A DNA stretch of 63,923 nt, filler included, from an uncultured Methanosarcinales archaeon (GTDB taxonomy: Archaea > Nanobdellota > Nanobdellia > Woesearchaeales > CAZKBD01), in the NCBI GenBank assembly GCA_964550945.1. It is 4 parts of 4 records of this genome, joined end to end, with 100 filler letters (N's around TTAATTAATTAA, not from the genome) between each part and the next. Parts side by side here need not be neighbours in the genome. Positions count along the whole stretch, not along the records: positions 18,413 to 36,593 come from CAZKBD010000032.1; 3 more parts are not named here. One strand, given 5' to 3'. The first letter of the stretch is position 1. Every line of letters starts with the position of its first letter. The position numbers and the translations under genes were made by a program. Positions 18,522-30,229 of the stretch are shown here, piece after piece. Below the pieces are notes generated by a model. The model saw only the letters and a list, made by a program, of their open reading frames with translations. It was not told the DNA's origin and made no database searches.

Positions 18522-20528
18522 TTACAAGAACAAAGGCACAAAGACTATCGCTACAATTGTCATCAGCTTGATCAGTATGTTCAATGATGGCCCTGCTGTG
18601 TCTTTCATTGGATCGCCGACAGTATCACCAACAACTGCTGCTTTATGAGTATCAGAGCCTTTTCCGCCAAATTTGCCTGATTCAATGTACTTTTTGGCAT
18701 TATCATAAGCTCCGCCGGCATTTGCCATGAATACTGCAAGCAAGAAGCCAGTTACAGTGCCTCCAACCAACAATCCGCCTAATGCCTCTAGGTTCCATAT
18801 ACCAACAACAATAGGGCTGACTATTGCTAACAAGCTTGGGGCAATCATCTGCCTTAAAGCAGATTTTGTACTTATGCTGATGCACTTGTTGTAGTCTGGC
18901 TTTGCCTTGCCCTGCATAAGCCCTTTTATCTGCTTAAACTGGCGCCTAACTTCATCTACTATCTTTTGAGCTGCTCTTCCAACTGCACCCATTGAAAATG
19001 CACAAAATAAGAATGGAAGCATTGCTCCGATAAATAAGCCAATTACTACAGTAGGATTCGTTACATCTATGATGAATGCGCTGCCTTTTAAATTCGAAAC
19101 AACCTGGATATAGCTTACAAATAGCGCTAAGGCTGTTAATGCTGCTGAGCCAATTGCAAAACCTTTACCAATTGCTGCTGTTGTATTGCCAACAGAGTCT
19201 AAGGTCTCTGCCCTCCTCCTTACTGCAGGCCCCATTTTAGCCATTTGTGCTATGCCTGCTGCATTGTCTGCTACCGGGCCATAACAGTCTGTTGCCAAGG
19301 TTATCCCTAAAGTAGAAAGCATACCTACTGCAGCTATTGCAATGCCATACAACCCGGCAAAATAATATGCCAAGTAGATTGCAGCACATACTGCAGCTAC
19401 TGGAACAACTGTTGAAAACATGCCTACTGATAAGCCGCGGATTATGGTGGTAGCAGCTCCTGTCTTTGCAGCTTCTGCAATCGAGATAGTAGGCCTTCTA
19501 TCCGGGCTGGTGTAATACTCTGTAGAAACACCTATTATTATTCCTGCTACTAATCCTGCAATGGTTGCAAAGAAAATGCCTATGTCTTTAGCAATAATCA
19601 TTATCAGAATAAAAGATAAGATAGTCATTATTATCGCACTTGCCCAAATCCCTTTGTCCAAGGCTCTGCCTGGATTTGAGCCTTTTTTAGCGTTAACAAA
19701 ATAAGTTCCGATTATTGAGCTAATGATTCCTGCGGCTGCAAGTATTAATGGCAGAATAATGCCTTCATTATTCTTATAAGCTACCAGGCCAACACCAATG
19801 ACCATTGCTGCAATTATGCTATCAACATAGCTTTCAAATAAATCTGAGCCCATTCCAGCAATATCGCCTACATTATCGCCAACATTATCTGCTATTACAG
19901 CCGGGTTCCTGGGATCATCTTCAGGAATGCCTTTTTCAACTTTTCCAACTATATCTGCCCCAACATCGGCTGCCTTTGTATAAATCCCGCCGCCAACTCT
20001 TGCAAATAGGGCAATTGAAGATGCTCCAAATCCAAATCCGTAAATTATTGTCGGATCGCCATATAACCAGTAAAATATTGTAACGCCAAGCAAGCCTAAA
20101 CCCACAACACAAAGGCCCATGACAGCGCCAGAAGAAAATGCAATTTTAAGCCCTTCATTAATGCTTTTTTTAGCAGCATTGGCTGTTCGCGCATTAGACT
20201 TTGTTGCTATCCTCATGCCAATATTTCCTGCTAAAGCAGAGAAAACCCCTCCAACTAAAAATGCAATAGCCATCCTTTCTCCATTATTAAGAAGACCAGA
20301 ATAGCCCAGATAGTAGAGCAAGCCAGTAACAATAACCATAAACACGACTAATATCCTGTATTGCTGCTTTAGAAAAGCCATGGCCCCTTCGTGGATTGCT
20401 CGGGATATCTCCCTCATTTTAGGAGTGCCTTCCTCTTTTTTCATGATCTTGGCTGCAATATGCGCGGCAAAACCCAAAGACACCAAGCTAACAATTAATG
20501 TAACTACAACTAAAATCAGATTTAACAT
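18522..20528 (-). CDS. hppA: Membrane-bound ion-translocating pyrophosphatase (K+-dependent signature, probably Na+)
   Basis: [42 protein letters not shown] (K+-dependent type), [29 protein letters not shown] before ATG at 20528. Confidence 0.96.
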   Translation of the reverse strand: MLNLILVVVTLIVSLVSLGFAAHIAAKIMKKEEGTPKMREISRAIHEGAMAFLKQQYRILVVFMVIVTGLLYYLGYSGLLNNGERMAIAFLVGGVFSALAGNIGMRIATKSNARTANAAKKSINEGLKIAFSSGAVMGLCVVGLGLLGVTIFYWLYGDPTIIYGFGFGASSIALFARVGGGIYTKAADVGADIVGKVEKGIPEDDPRNPAVIADNVGDNVGDIAGMGSDLFESYVDSIIAAMVIGVGLVAYKNNEGIILPLILAAAGIISSIIGTYFVNAKKGSNPGRALDKGIWASAIIMTILSFILIMIIAKDIGIFFATIAGLVAGIIIGVSTEYYTSPDRRPTISIAEAAKTGAATTIIRGLSVGMFSTVVPVAAVCAAIYLAYYFAGLYGIAIAAVGMLSTLGITLATDCYGPVADNAAGIAQMAKMGPAVRRRAETLDSVGNTTAAIGKGFAIGSAALTALALFVSYIQVVSNLKGSAFIIDVTNPTVVIGLFIGAMLPFLFCAFSMGAVGRAAQKIVDEVRRQFKQIKGLMQGKAKPDYNKCISISTKSALRQMIAPSLLAIVSPIVVGIWNLEALGGLLVGGTVTGFLLAVFMANAGGAYDNAKKYIESGKFGGKGSDTHKAAVVGDTVGDPMKDTAGPSLNILIKLMTIVAIVFVPLFL

Positions 20529-20652
20529 TAATAACACCTCCTTTTTATATGGTTTATTATCACCTATAGCCTTAATATTTAAATATTTCTAATTTTAGAT
20601 TTGTTACAACCAAATATTTATAAATGTGATGCCTAAACCTGATTAAAGATGG

Positions 20653-20982
20653 GTGGATAATATGGGTGACAAATCTATCTTGCAAGACCTAAGAGAACTT
20701 GAAAATCAATTAGAGGAGAAACTTAAAAATGCCCAGGATCATTCTAAAAAAAGAATTGAGCAAACAAAAAAGGAATTAGACAACCAGCTAGATGGAGCAA
20801 GAATGGGCTGGCTAAAGGAAAAGGGAGAGGCAATAAGAAATGCAGAGGAAGAGGCGCTAAGGGACGCAAAGAAAAGAACAGAAGGGTATAATAAAAAGAA
20901 ATCAGAGCTAAAAAAACTATTTTTAAAGAATAAAGAAAAAGCAGTAGAAATAATGGTTGAGGATGTCCTTGGAAATGTTTAA
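20653..20982 (+). CDS. atpH: A/V-type ATP synthase subunit H (G-like stalk)
   Basis: Charged coiled-coil of 109 aa, first gene of the operon, overlaps subunit I. Confidence 0.75.
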   Translation: MDNMGDKSILQDLRELENQLEEKLKNAQDHSKKRIEQTKKELDNQLDGARMGWLKEKGEAIRNAEEEALRDAKKRTEGYNKKKSELKKLFLKNKEKAVEIMVEDVLGNV

Positions 20983-22900
20983 ACCTGCAAAAGTATTGCA
21001 TTCACTTATTGTAGTGCCTAGATCTAATGTATCCTCCCTCATAACTGGCCTGTATGAACAGGGTATCTGTGAGCCTAAGGAAATTGATACTGATCTTGAA
21101 CCAATTTTTGATCATGAAAAAGCTAAGAGAGTATATGAAGCTGATCAAAGGATTAAGTTTGTAGTTGATTCTTTAGAGCCATTTAAAGATGTTGTTCAGC
21201 CAGAGAAACTGTTAAGATCTTTATTTAAGCCTACACGCCCTTTAAGGTACAATATAGACCTCAGACCAAAAGGAGAAATTATTGAAGAGGTTGAAAGGCA
21301 TCTTGATATTATCGAGCCTAAGATAAGGGAAAAGATAGAAAGAATAGCTAAATTGCGTGAAAGGATAGAGCAAAACAAATTTTTAGAGTCTAATCTTGAT
21401 TTAATGCCTGATTTAGACACTTCGCTGTTTAAGCCTTCCAAAAATATATCTATCGCATTGGGCGTATCATCAACAAACGGATTAGATAAGATTAAGGACG
21501 ATCTCGCAAGCAAGGCCATTGTTGGGATCAAGGAGATTTCGAAAAACCAAAGGCTAATAGCAATCTTTTCTTTACCTGGTGATTCTCTATTGATAAATAA
21601 GATACTCCATGAAATCGGCTTTGAAGCTATTGATGTACCTTATTATAACAAAAGGCCTTCTGTCATAATAAGGCAACTGAAGGAAGAAACTGAAAGACTA
21701 ATAAAAGAGGTAAAAGGAATTGAACACTCATTACAAAATATAGGGCGAGTGTATAATAAGAGGATAACAATATTGAAAGAAGAGTTAGCTGATGTTAAAG
21801 AGAAGATAGATGTTCTAAAAAGGCTAAAGACAACAAATTCTATTTCAGTTTTAGAAGCTTGGGTCCCAAATAGTGAAAAGGATAGTATAGTCAAGCTGGT
21901 AAAAAGGATCACAAAAGCATACTACATTGAGTTCAATGAAGATGATAATGCGCCAACATTATACCAACACCATAAATTGATAGCTCCTTTTGAATTAATA
22001 ACCAATCTTTATTCAGCTCCAAAACATGGAAGATTTGATCCAACTGCGTTAATTGCAATCACATTTTCAATATTCTTTGGATTAATGCTTACGGATTTTG
22101 TATATGGACTTTTGCTGTTAGTTTTTGCCTATCTTATCCATAGGGGGATGGGCAAGTATAATATAGGTGTTAGAAATTTTTCACTTATACTCATTTTTTT
22201 CTCCATATCTACAATGATATGGGGGCTGATATTTGGCTCGTATTTTGGGGATTTTTTTCAGCAGATTGGATTTAAAGTGCCTATGCTGATAAATTCAATG
22301 ACTGATGTAATAGTATTCTTATCAATTGTACTGATCATAGGCGCTCTTCATATGGGAATTGGCCTTTTTGTTGGTTTTATGGAGTGTATAAAATACGAAA
22401 GCTTAAGGGCAGCCGTAGAAAAACAAGGGGTATGGCTTTTATTCCTGGTTAGCATGCCGTTAATCTTGTTAGGCGGGTTTTTTATCAAGATTGGATTAGC
22501 TTTTGTTGGTTTTGCGGTTGTTATGCAGTTTTACTTCAATTATATTGCTGGAGGCCCGATAACCGGCGTAATAAGCTTATTCAATTTCAGCGGTTTTATT
22601 GGAGATATGTTCAGCTATGCGCGATTGATGGCGTTGGGCATAGGCTCAAGCGGTATAGCGCTTGCGGTTAACTTTCTAACTTTGCTCAGCATAGACATGG
22701 TGCCTGTAGTTGGATTTATTTTCGGGATGATCATATTCATAGTGGGCCACGCATTTAACATTTCTATGAGCGGCCTTGGAGCATTTATCCATAGCACCAG
22801 GCTCCACTTTTTAGAATTTTTTCAAAAATTTTACGAAGGAGGAGGGAGATTGTATAGGCCTTTTAAGGCTATCAGAGAGAATGTGATTATTAAACCATAA
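20975..22900 (+). CDS. atpI: A/V-type ATP synthase subunit I (a)
   Basis: MFKPAK start, EAWVP, FDPT, FFGLMLTDFVYG, SYARLMALG, HSTRLHFLEFFQKFYEGGG. Confidence 0.95.
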   Translation: MFKPAKVLHSLIVVPRSNVSSLITGLYEQGICEPKEIDTDLEPIFDHEKAKRVYEADQRIKFVVDSLEPFKDVVQPEKLLRSLFKPTRPLRYNIDLRPKGEIIEEVERHLDIIEPKIREKIERIAKLRERIEQNKFLESNLDLMPDLDTSLFKPSKNISIALGVSSTNGLDKIKDDLASKAIVGIKEISKNQRLIAIFSLPGDSLLINKILHEIGFEAIDVPYYNKRPSVIIRQLKEETERLIKEVKGIEHSLQNIGRVYNKRITILKEELADVKEKIDVLKRLKTTNSISVLEAWVPNSEKDSIVKLVKRITKAYYIEFNEDDNAPTLYQHHKLIAPFELITNLYSAPKHGRFDPTALIAITFSIFFGLMLTDFVYGLLLLVFAYLIHRGMGKYNIGVRNFSLILIFFSISTMIWGLIFGSYFGDFFQQIGFKVPMLINSMTDVIVFLSIVLIIGALHMGIGLFVGFMECIKYESLRAAVEKQGVWLLFLVSMPLILLGGFFIKIGLAFVGFAVVMQFYFNYIAGGPITGVISLFNFSGFIGDMFSYARLMALGIGSSGIALAVNFLTLLSIDMVPVVGFIFGMIIFIVGHAFNISMSGLGAFIHSTRLHFLEFFQKFYEGGGRLYRPFKAIRENVIIKP

Positions 22901-22906
22901 GGAGGA

Positions 22907-23395
22907 ATGAAAATGGTAATAAGCTTAGGAACCGGATTAGCAGCTACTGGGGCTGCATTAGCACTTGGAGTGGCTGGAATAAGCACAGCATTAGGAGTAA
23001 AGGCTGCAGGCATAGCTGCTGCCGGAGCAGTAGCTGAAAAGAAGGAAAATTTCAAAAACAGCTTAATCCTGCAGGCATTGCCTCAGACACAAACAATATA
23101 TGCGTTTATTACAGCCTTGCTGATAATTATGGGCATTGGCTTGCTGGGCCAAGCAAAAGAGGTTACTGTATACCAGGGCATGGTGTTTTTTGGCGCAGGC
23201 TTAGTTGTTGCATTAACAAGCATTTCTGCTGTTGCACAAGGGATTATTGCAGCTGCTGGGATAGTGGCAACAACAAAGAATCAAGATGCTTTTGCTCCAA
23301 GCTTAGTTTTTGCGGGCCAGAGCGAGACTCCTGCAATTTTTGGATTCATAGCAGCATTGATAATACTCATAGTAGGATTAGGGGTGCTAGGGTAA
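22907..23395 (+). CDS. atpK: A/V-type ATP synthase subunit K (c), four-helix duplicated form
   Basis: Two Gly/Ala-rich hairpins: LPQTQTIYAF, AQG, SETPAIFGF. Confidence 0.95.
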   Translation: MKMVISLGTGLAATGAALALGVAGISTALGVKAAGIAAAGAVAEKKENFKNSLILQALPQTQTIYAFITALLIIMGIGLLGQAKEVTVYQGMVFFGAGLVVALTSISAVAQGIIAAAGIVATTKNQDAFAPSLVFAGQSETPAIFGFIAALIILIVGLGVLG

Positions 23396-23435
23396 ATCCT
23401 AGCATGTTCAATCTAACACACGCAAGGAGAACAAT

Positions 23436-23975
23436 ATGGAAGTCATAGGCAATGTAGATATGATAAAAGGTTTCATAGAGAAAAAATACCAGACAGAAAT
23501 TAAGCAGTTAGATAAAGAAACAGAGCTAGAAATTCAGAGATTGAAGGAAGAAGCAAAAAAAAGAGAAGCTTTGCATAGGTCGAAGATTAAAACTATGACA
23601 GATGCTGAATCAAGAAAGGCTTATTCAAAAATTATTAGTGAAGAAGAGCTAAAGGCAAAAAGGGATTTTGAAGAGGCAAGAGAGGCGTTGATTGGAAATG
23701 CCTTTTCCGAGCTTGGGGAAAGGGCCAAGGATATTGCCCATTCGAAAAGGTATTTAGATTTTGTAAAACAAAAAATGCCTAAATCTGATGGGATGATAAT
23801 AGCAGACAGCGATTTTTATAAAAAATATTTTGGTGATGTACAAGTTGACAGCAGCATAATAGGCATAAAGTTCCAAGTTGATAACATCACTTATGACCTC
23901 AGTTTAGATGGGATGATAGAGTCAAGAAGAGATATGTTAAGGCATAAGGTAAGCAAATCATTATTTGACAAATGA
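23436..23975 (+). CDS. atpE: A/V-type ATP synthase subunit E
   Basis: Coiled-coil N-terminus, C-terminal YDLSLDG..SLF, operon position. Confidence 0.82.
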   Translation: MEVIGNVDMIKGFIEKKYQTEIKQLDKETELEIQRLKEEAKKREALHRSKIKTMTDAESRKAYSKIISEEELKAKRDFEEAREALIGNAFSELGERAKDIAHSKRYLDFVKQKMPKSDGMIIADSDFYKKYFGDVQVDSSIIGIKFQVDNITYDLSLDGMIESRRDMLRHKVSKSLFDK

Positions 23976-25135
23976 CACTGGAAACCATTATTGGAATTGT
24001 AAAGGAGCCTTCAACAATTATTGGATTATTAAAAAATCCAGCTGTTGATGTTATTGCAGTTATAGCGCTATCAATAATATGCGTTGGAGTTATCCTGGTT
24101 TATGTTACAAAGTCAATAACTCCTCTTACGCCTTTCCTATACGCAAATGCGATCATACAAGCTAGAAGCTCTAGGCTGATCTCGTCAAACAGGATTAAAG
24201 AATTAGCAGAGATAAAAAGCTTAAGCGAGTTGGGAAATTCTCTCAGAGACAGCGACTATAGCGAGGAGTTAGAAAGAATGGATAAGATAGATTTAAGGAT
24301 GGTGCATATAGCAATTGAGAGGGGTTTTGTAAAGTCAATAATCCATCTAAAGGAAACAAGCCCGAAAAAGTTTGTTAGTGTAGTTGAGGCATACCTTATG
24401 TTTTTGGAGGCAAATGTGCTCGAAACAATATACCGTGCAAAGTTTTTTAATAATAAGGTAGAAGAGGGCCTGGTTTTTGATGTCGGGAATATAACGCCAA
24501 TAATACTCAAGCATTTGATGGAGGCAGAATCAATTTCTGATATGGGTGTTGTAATGTCAACTACAATATACCAGCAAGTGTTTTCTAAAAAGCATGAGAG
24601 TATAGAAGAGTTTGATGTTGCCCTTGAAGAGTTCATCCTGAACAGATTTATTGAAACAACCCAACAAACAAAAGTTTATGAGGCCGAATATATAGTGGAT
24701 ATCATCAATAAAAAGGTAGACATACTAAATCTGCTGGCTTTGATAAAGTTCAGGATAAGGGGAATGGATAAAGAAAAGCAGATTAAGTTCCTTGTAAACA
24801 ATAATGCTCCTTTGACAGGGCGGTTTAGAGAGATAATTTTTGCTGACAATTTTATGGGTTTTGTTGATGCTATAAATGGGCTGCCTTATCATAATGCTCT
24901 AACAAAAGCAATGTCTCTGTATGAAAAAGACGGAGACATTTTCCATTTTGAGAATGAGCTGCAAAGATTCTTTAAGGAGCAGGTATCAGATCTTGAGATG
25001 GCCCATACGTTAGGGCCTTATCCATTAATCTCTTATTTGGTAAAAAAAGAGATTGAAAAAAGGAACCTGTTCATAGTATCAAAAGGGATAGAATCTGGAT
25101 TTGGAGCTGCTAGGATAAGGGAGATGGTAGTATGA
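23972..25135 (+). CDS. atpC: A/V-type ATP synthase subunit C (with N-terminal hydrophobic extension)
   Basis: FLYANAIIQARSSRL, DILNL, YLVKKEIEKRNL..G; operon position. Confidence 0.88.
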   Translation: MTLETIIGIVKEPSTIIGLLKNPAVDVIAVIALSIICVGVILVYVTKSITPLTPFLYANAIIQARSSRLISSNRIKELAEIKSLSELGNSLRDSDYSEELERMDKIDLRMVHIAIERGFVKSIIHLKETSPKKFVSVVEAYLMFLEANVLETIYRAKFFNNKVEEGLVFDVGNITPIILKHLMEAESISDMGVVMSTTIYQQVFSKKHESIEEFDVALEEFILNRFIETTQQTKVYEAEYIVDIINKKVDILNLLALIKFRIRGMDKEKQIKFLVNNNAPLTGRFREIIFADNFMGFVDAINGLPYHNALTKAMSLYEKDGDIFHFENELQRFFKEQVSDLEMAHTLGPYPLISYLVKKEIEKRNLFIVSKGIESGFGAARIREMVV

Positions 25136-25410
25136 TTGTGGTTGGAAATCATGAGTTTGCCATTGGAATGAAGCTGATAGGTGTTAAGGACAGCTTTGTA
25201 ATCAAAAACAAAGCAGATGGGCTAGAATTGATAAAAAGGATAGATAAAAATGAGATTATAGTTGCAAATGTATCAGTAATAGGGATGATCCCTGAGTTAG
25301 GGGAATTTAGAAACCTTGTAACAATTCCGGATAATGTGGCTGAGTTGAGGAGCACAAAAGACCTCAACAGCATAATAAAAGCCGCAGTTGGAATAGAAAT
25401 TAATATTTGA
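25132..25410 (+). CDS. atpF: A/V-type ATP synthase subunit F
   Basis: [18 protein letters not shown]...VTIP...IKAAVGIEI. Confidence 0.88.
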   Translation: MIVVGNHEFAIGMKLIGVKDSFVIKNKADGLELIKRIDKNEIIVANVSVIGMIPELGEFRNLVTIPDNVAELRSTKDLNSIIKAAVGIEINI

Positions 25411-25414
25411 AAAG

Positions 25415-27163
25415 GTGGTATTTGTGGGAAAGATAATAAAGATTTCAGGCCCTGTAGTGGTCGCGGATGATATGAAAGGATCAAAGATGTTTGATGTAGT
25501 AAGAGTTGGAAACGAGGGCCTTATTGGGGAAATAATCCAATTAAAAAATGATAAAGCTACGATCCAAGTTTATGAAGATACAACTGGCTTAAAGCCTGGA
25601 GAGAATGTTGCTTCTACAAATAATCCTTTAAGTGTAGAGCTTGGGCCTGGATTGTTAGGATCTATTTACGATGGAATTTTAAGGCCGTTAAAGAGCATAG
25701 CTGACAAATCTGGAGATTTTATCAGCAGAGGGATTGAGGCTGATTCTTTAGATAAACATAAGAGGTATGAGTTTAAGGCAACTGTAAAAAAAGGAGATGA
25801 GATAAAAGAAGGAGCAGTAATTGGAACTGTAGAAGAAACAAATCTCATACAACATAGGATTCTGGTTCCAATAGGTATTTCAGGCAAAATAATCCAGGTT
25901 GAAGAAGGCAAGAAGTCAGTAGAAGATATAATAGCTGTTATCAAGACTAACAGCGGAGAGGAAAAGATAAAGATGTATCAGAAATGGCCTGTCAGAAAAG
26001 AGAGGCCTGTCAAGGAAAAGCTTGATCCAAACATCCCATTAATTTCAGGACAGCGCGTTTTTGACACGTTGTTTCCATTAGCAAAGGGAGGAACAGCAGC
26101 TATTCCAGGGCCTTTTGGCGCTGGCAAAACAGTTGCGCAGCAAACACTCGCAAAATGGGTTGATGCTGATGTTATTGTTTACATTGGCTGTGGAGAACGG
26201 GGGAATGAGATGACTGAAGTTTTGGATGAATTTCCAAAGCTTTTAGATCCAAAATCAGGGAAGCCTTTAATGGAGAGAACAGTAATTATCGCTAATACAA
26301 GCAATATGCCTGTTGCTGCAAGAGAGGCTTCTGTTTACACTGGAATAACAATTGCAGAGTATTTTAGGGACCAGGGATATGATGTTGCATTGATGGCAGA
26401 CTCAACATCGAGATGGGCTGAGGCAATGAGGGAGATTGGAGCAAGATTAGAAGAGATGCCTGGTGAAGAAGGCTATCCAGCATATCTTTCTTCTAGATTA
26501 GCGCAATTCTATGAGAGGGCTGGAAGAGTGATTAATTTAAATGGCAGCAAGGGTTCTGCTTCTATTATAGGGGCTGTTAGCCCGCCAGGGGGGGATTTTT
26601 CTGAGCCAGTAACTCAAAATACATTGAGGATAACTAAGGTTTTTTGGGCATTAGATGCACCATTAGCATATAGCAGGCATTTTCCGGCAATAAACTGGCT
26701 CACAAGCTATTCGCTTTATTCTGATAAACTGTCAGGGTACTTTGAGAAGGAAGTTAGCGCTGATTTCGGATCATTAAGGATTGAACTTATGAAGATGCTA
26801 CAGAAAGAATCTGAGCTAAAGGAGATTGTTCAGCTTGTTGGGCCTGATGCTCTGCCAGATGAAGATAAGGTTATGTTAGAGAGCGCAAGATCTATCAGAG
26901 AGGATTTTCTGCAGCAGAATGCTTATCATGAGGTTGACACATATTGCGAACTGAAAAAACAATATTTAATGATGAAAACCATATTGAACTTCCATAATAA
27001 TGCATTAGCAAGCTTATCAAAAGGGGTTAAGCCTACTAAAATATTCCAGCTGCCAGTCAGAGAGAGGATTGCAAGAATGAAGTATGAGAAAAATTATGAA
27101 AAGGCAATCGAGTCTATTAATAAGGATATCAACGAACAGATGACCAAAATGGTAGAGGGATAA
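25415..27163 (+). CDS. atpA: A/V-type ATP synthase subunit A
   Basis: GPFGAGKT P-loop, [35 protein letters not shown]. No intein. Confidence 0.98.
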   Translation: MVFVGKIIKISGPVVVADDMKGSKMFDVVRVGNEGLIGEIIQLKNDKATIQVYEDTTGLKPGENVASTNNPLSVELGPGLLGSIYDGILRPLKSIADKSGDFISRGIEADSLDKHKRYEFKATVKKGDEIKEGAVIGTVEETNLIQHRILVPIGISGKIIQVEEGKKSVEDIIAVIKTNSGEEKIKMYQKWPVRKERPVKEKLDPNIPLISGQRVFDTLFPLAKGGTAAIPGPFGAGKTVAQQTLAKWVDADVIVYIGCGERGNEMTEVLDEFPKLLDPKSGKPLMERTVIIANTSNMPVAAREASVYTGITIAEYFRDQGYDVALMADSTSRWAEAMREIGARLEEMPGEEGYPAYLSSRLAQFYERAGRVINLNGSKGSASIIGAVSPPGGDFSEPVTQNTLRITKVFWALDAPLAYSRHFPAINWLTSYSLYSDKLSGYFEKEVSADFGSLRIELMKMLQKESELKEIVQLVGPDALPDEDKVMLESARSIREDFLQQNAYHEVDTYCELKKQYLMMKTILNFHNNALASLSKGVKPTKIFQLPVRERIARMKYEKNYEKAIESINKDINEQMTKMVEG

Positions 27164-27164
27164 A

Positions 27165-28535
27165 ATGCTAAAAGAATACACTTCAGTTACAGATGTTTCA
27201 GGGCCTTTGATGATTGTTGAGAATGTGAAAGATGTAGCTTATGCAGAGCTTGTACAAGTCACAACTAGTAGGGGAGAGAAAAGGCTTGGACAGGTTTTAG
27301 AGATTAGCCAGGATAAGGCAGTTGTCCAATTGTTTGAAGGCACATCGGGAATAGATACAAAGAATACAAAAGTCCGGTTTGTTGGCGAAACTATGAAGAT
27401 TGGTGTTAGCTTAGAGATGCTTGGAAGGATATTTGATGGAAAAGGAAAGCCAATTGATGGAGCTCCTGAGATAATTGCTGAAGAGAGGCTTGACATCAAT
27501 GGACAGCCAATTAATCCGTACAGAAGAATGCATCCTGCAGAGTTTATCCAAACAGGGATGTCTACAATTGATTTATGCAATACTTTAGTAAGGGGCCAAA
27601 AACTACCTATATTCTCTGGCTCTGGCCTGCCCCATAATGTTTTGGCTGCGCAGATAGCAAGACAAGCCCAAGTGCTAGGGCAGAAAGAGAGGTTTGCAGT
27701 TGTGTTTGCAGCGATGGGCATTACAAATGAAGAGGCATTGTTTTTTAAAAATGAGTTTAAGACAACTGGATCGTTAGGCAATGTTATCATGTTCTTAAAT
27801 TTAGCGAATGACCCTGCAATTGAGAGAATAATTACTCCAAGGATTGCGTTGACTGCTGCTGAATTTTTAGCTTACAATCAAGGTATGCATGTGCTTGTGA
27901 TATTGACTGATATGACTAATTATTGCGAGGCTTTGAGGGAGATATCTGCTGCAAGGTCTGAGGTGCCTGGTAGAAGGGGCTATCCTGGATATATGTACAC
28001 TGATTTAGCGAGTATCTATGAAAGAGCTGGAAGGATTAAAGGAAGAAAAGGAAGTTTAACACAAATGCCCATATTAACTATGCCTGATGATGATATAACC
28101 CATCCGATTGCTGACCTTACAGGATATATTACTGAGGGGCAGTTCGTGCAAAGCAGGGATCTGCACAGGAAAGGAATTTACCCTCCAGTTGATGTCTTGC
28201 CTTCACTATCCAGGCTTATGAAAAATGGCATTGGCGCTGGTAAAACAAGAGAGGATCATTCAAATGTTTCTGACCAGGTTTATGCTGCATATGCTAAAGG
28301 CCGCGAAATTAGGGATTTGGTTGCAGTTGTTGGCAAGGAAAGCCTTAGCGAGCTTGATAATAAATACTTAGATTTTGCGGATAAATTTGAGGATAGGTTT
28401 GTAAGGCAAAGGGCTGATGAGAACAGGCCAATACAAGAGACTTTAGCTATTGCCTGGGAGCTTTTGTCTGAGCTGCCTGAGGCTGAGCTTAAAAGAATAA
28501 AAAAGGAATTCATCGAGAAGTTCTACAAGAAATAA
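27165..28535 (+). CDS. atpB: A/V-type ATP synthase subunit B
   Basis: [48 protein letters not shown]. Confidence 0.98.
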   Translation: MLKEYTSVTDVSGPLMIVENVKDVAYAELVQVTTSRGEKRLGQVLEISQDKAVVQLFEGTSGIDTKNTKVRFVGETMKIGVSLEMLGRIFDGKGKPIDGAPEIIAEERLDINGQPINPYRRMHPAEFIQTGMSTIDLCNTLVRGQKLPIFSGSGLPHNVLAAQIARQAQVLGQKERFAVVFAAMGITNEEALFFKNEFKTTGSLGNVIMFLNLANDPAIERIITPRIALTAAEFLAYNQGMHVLVILTDMTNYCEALREISAARSEVPGRRGYPGYMYTDLASIYERAGRIKGRKGSLTQMPILTMPDDDITHPIADLTGYITEGQFVQSRDLHRKGIYPPVDVLPSLSRLMKNGIGAGKTREDHSNVSDQVYAAYAKGREIRDLVAVVGKESLSELDNKYLDFADKFEDRFVRQRADENRPIQETLAIAWELLSELPEAELKRIKKEFIEKFYKK

Positions 28536-28536
28536 A

Positions 28537-29148
28537 ATGCTAGCTGTAAAACCGACAAGGATGGAGCTATTGTTGTTGAGGAAGAAGCTAAAGCTAGCTC
28601 AAAAAGGGCACAAATTACTGAAAGAGAAAAGAGATGTCCTGGTGATGGAATTCTTTTCTGTTTTGAGAGAGATAAAGGGATTAAGGGAGGGTATGGGGGG
28701 AAGGCTAGCGAAGGCACAAAATTCTGTTTATAATGCGCAGGCGGTTGAAGGCGAGCTTAATATAGAGAGGATGGCATTGGGTTTAGCGGATGGTGTGAGG
28801 ATGGATGTTGACTCAAGATCGATAATGGGCATTAATGTCCCTGTGATAAAGAATGTTGAGGTTAAGGAGCAGTGGCATGGCTACTTTGGCCAGACAATTG
28901 AGATGGATAATGCAATAAAGCAGTACAGGGAGCTGTTTCCTGACTTTGTTAAATTGATGGAGAAACAGCTTGTGCTGAAGCATCTTGCAGAAGGGATAAA
29001 GAAAACAAAAAGAAGGGTTAATTCTTTAGAGCATTTGACAATACCTAGGCTTGAAAAATTAAAGAAAGTGATTGCATTTAAATTAGAGGAATTGGAACGG
29101 GAGAATTTCACAAGATTAAAGATAATCAAGAAAAGAACAGCCAGATGA
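28537..29148 (+). CDS. atpD: A/V-type ATP synthase subunit D
   Basis: PTRMEL...GHKLLKEKRD...KTKRRVNSLEH..IP...LEELERENF. Confidence 0.97.
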   Translation: MLAVKPTRMELLLLRKKLKLAQKGHKLLKEKRDVLVMEFFSVLREIKGLREGMGGRLAKAQNSVYNAQAVEGELNIERMALGLADGVRMDVDSRSIMGINVPVIKNVEVKEQWHGYFGQTIEMDNAIKQYRELFPDFVKLMEKQLVLKHLAEGIKKTKRRVNSLEHLTIPRLEKLKKVIAFKLEELERENFTRLKIIKKRTAR

Positions 29149-29279
29149 GAAAAAAAGAGCTAGACAAGAAAACAAGATTTTATCTAGTCATTATTTATGC
29201 AAGGATCTTTTCAGAAATAATCGTGATTATTGGTTTTTTTATCATCATATTTTTATTGATGAATAGATATTTGTTTTGA
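29145..29279 (+). CDS. Small membrane protein (44 aa) coupled to atpD
   Basis: ATGA overlap with the atpD stop; MRKKELDKKTRFYLVIIYARIFSEIIVIIGFFIIIFLLMNRYLF. Confidence 0.6.
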   Translation: MRKKELDKKTRFYLVIIYARIFSEIIVIIGFFIIIFLLMNRYLF

Positions 29280-29331
29280 GGATAATATAAGCAGGTATAA
29301 TTGTTTGTGATGGATATTAAATAAGGAAGAA

Positions 29332-29964
29332 CTATTTTTTCTGCTTTGACAGTTTATGTTTAATGTGCCTGTATACAAAATAACATCCTACAATTAGTAT
29401 TATAAGAGCTAGAGGAATAGATATAAACTCAGAATATTGCCTTACAATTTGCCAATTTTTGCCTAATAAAAAACCAAGGTAAGCCAAGAATGTGTTCCAT
29501 AAGGTAGCGCCAATTATGGTGTATATTGAGAATTTCTTGATATCCATTTTTCCTATGCCTGCAGGAATCGAAATTAAGTGCCTAACCACAGGAATAAACC
29601 TGCTAATAAGCACTGTTTTTTCTCCTTTTTTTGAAAACCATTGCTCTGTTTTTAAAAGGTCTTCTTCATCTAACAAAAGAAATTTTCCAAATTTTATGAC
29701 AATTTTGTTTCCTCCCCATTTACCCATATAATAGGATAATAGGGAGCCAAATAAGCTACCAAGGGAGCTAAACAAGATAACCAGCGCAAAATTCATGTCT
29801 CCAGAAGCAACCAGAAATCCTGCGAAAGGCATGACCAGCTCAGAGGGAATAGGCGCAATCATGCTCTCAAGAGCCATTAAAACAAATATCCCAAAATAGC
29901 CAAGAGAAGAGATTATTGTGATTGCTAGTCTTCCAATGTACTCTAGTATTTCAGTTATAATCAT
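29332..29964 (-). CDS. DedA family membrane protein
   Basis: MALESMIAPIPSELVMPFAG, SRFIPVVRHLISIPAG. Confidence 0.94.
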   Translation of the reverse strand: MIITEILEYIGRLAITIISSLGYFGIFVLMALESMIAPIPSELVMPFAGFLVASGDMNFALVILFSSLGSLFGSLLSYYMGKWGGNKIVIKFGKFLLLDEEDLLKTEQWFSKKGEKTVLISRFIPVVRHLISIPAGIGKMDIKKFSIYTIIGATLWNTFLAYLGFLLGKNWQIVRQYSEFISIPLALIILIVGCYFVYRHIKHKLSKQKK

Positions 29965-30077
29965 CTAGGGAATAGAATAAAGTTCTGATTTATAATTCCT
30001 TGCTTTTTTGTTGCAGCTATTGTAAAAATGCAATAGAAAAGTAATTAAATGATAATCCCGTTTCTTGTTCTATCATG

Positions 30078-30229
30078 TGTCAGAAACATATCTCTGAATT
30101 TAAAACTAGCGGACAAGAGTCCACAATCCATAATAGAATGGGCTATGTTTCTGAGCACGTTAAAAACTATCTGATAAAAGGCAATAACTCCAAAATAAAG
30201 GGTCTCCGTAGGGGAGGTAGTTTTTAACG
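30078..30229 (+). other. 152-nt tandem double-hairpin insertion (intron-like or MITE-like)
   Basis: TCAGAAACATA...TATGTTTCTGA and ACGTTAAAAACTATCT...AGGTAGTTTTTAACGT inverted repeats lie between ATG 30075 and the downstream ORF. Confidence 0.7.

Noticed and set aside
23384..23404. TGCTAGG/CCTAGCA hairpin between atpK and atpE
   Set aside because: Short, with no oligo-T tail; may affect transcript stability but too weak to call a terminator.
30075..30227. 50-codon ORF starting at ATG 30075
   Set aside because: Made almost entirely of the palindromic insert; better explained as an interrupted start of the downstream peptidase.
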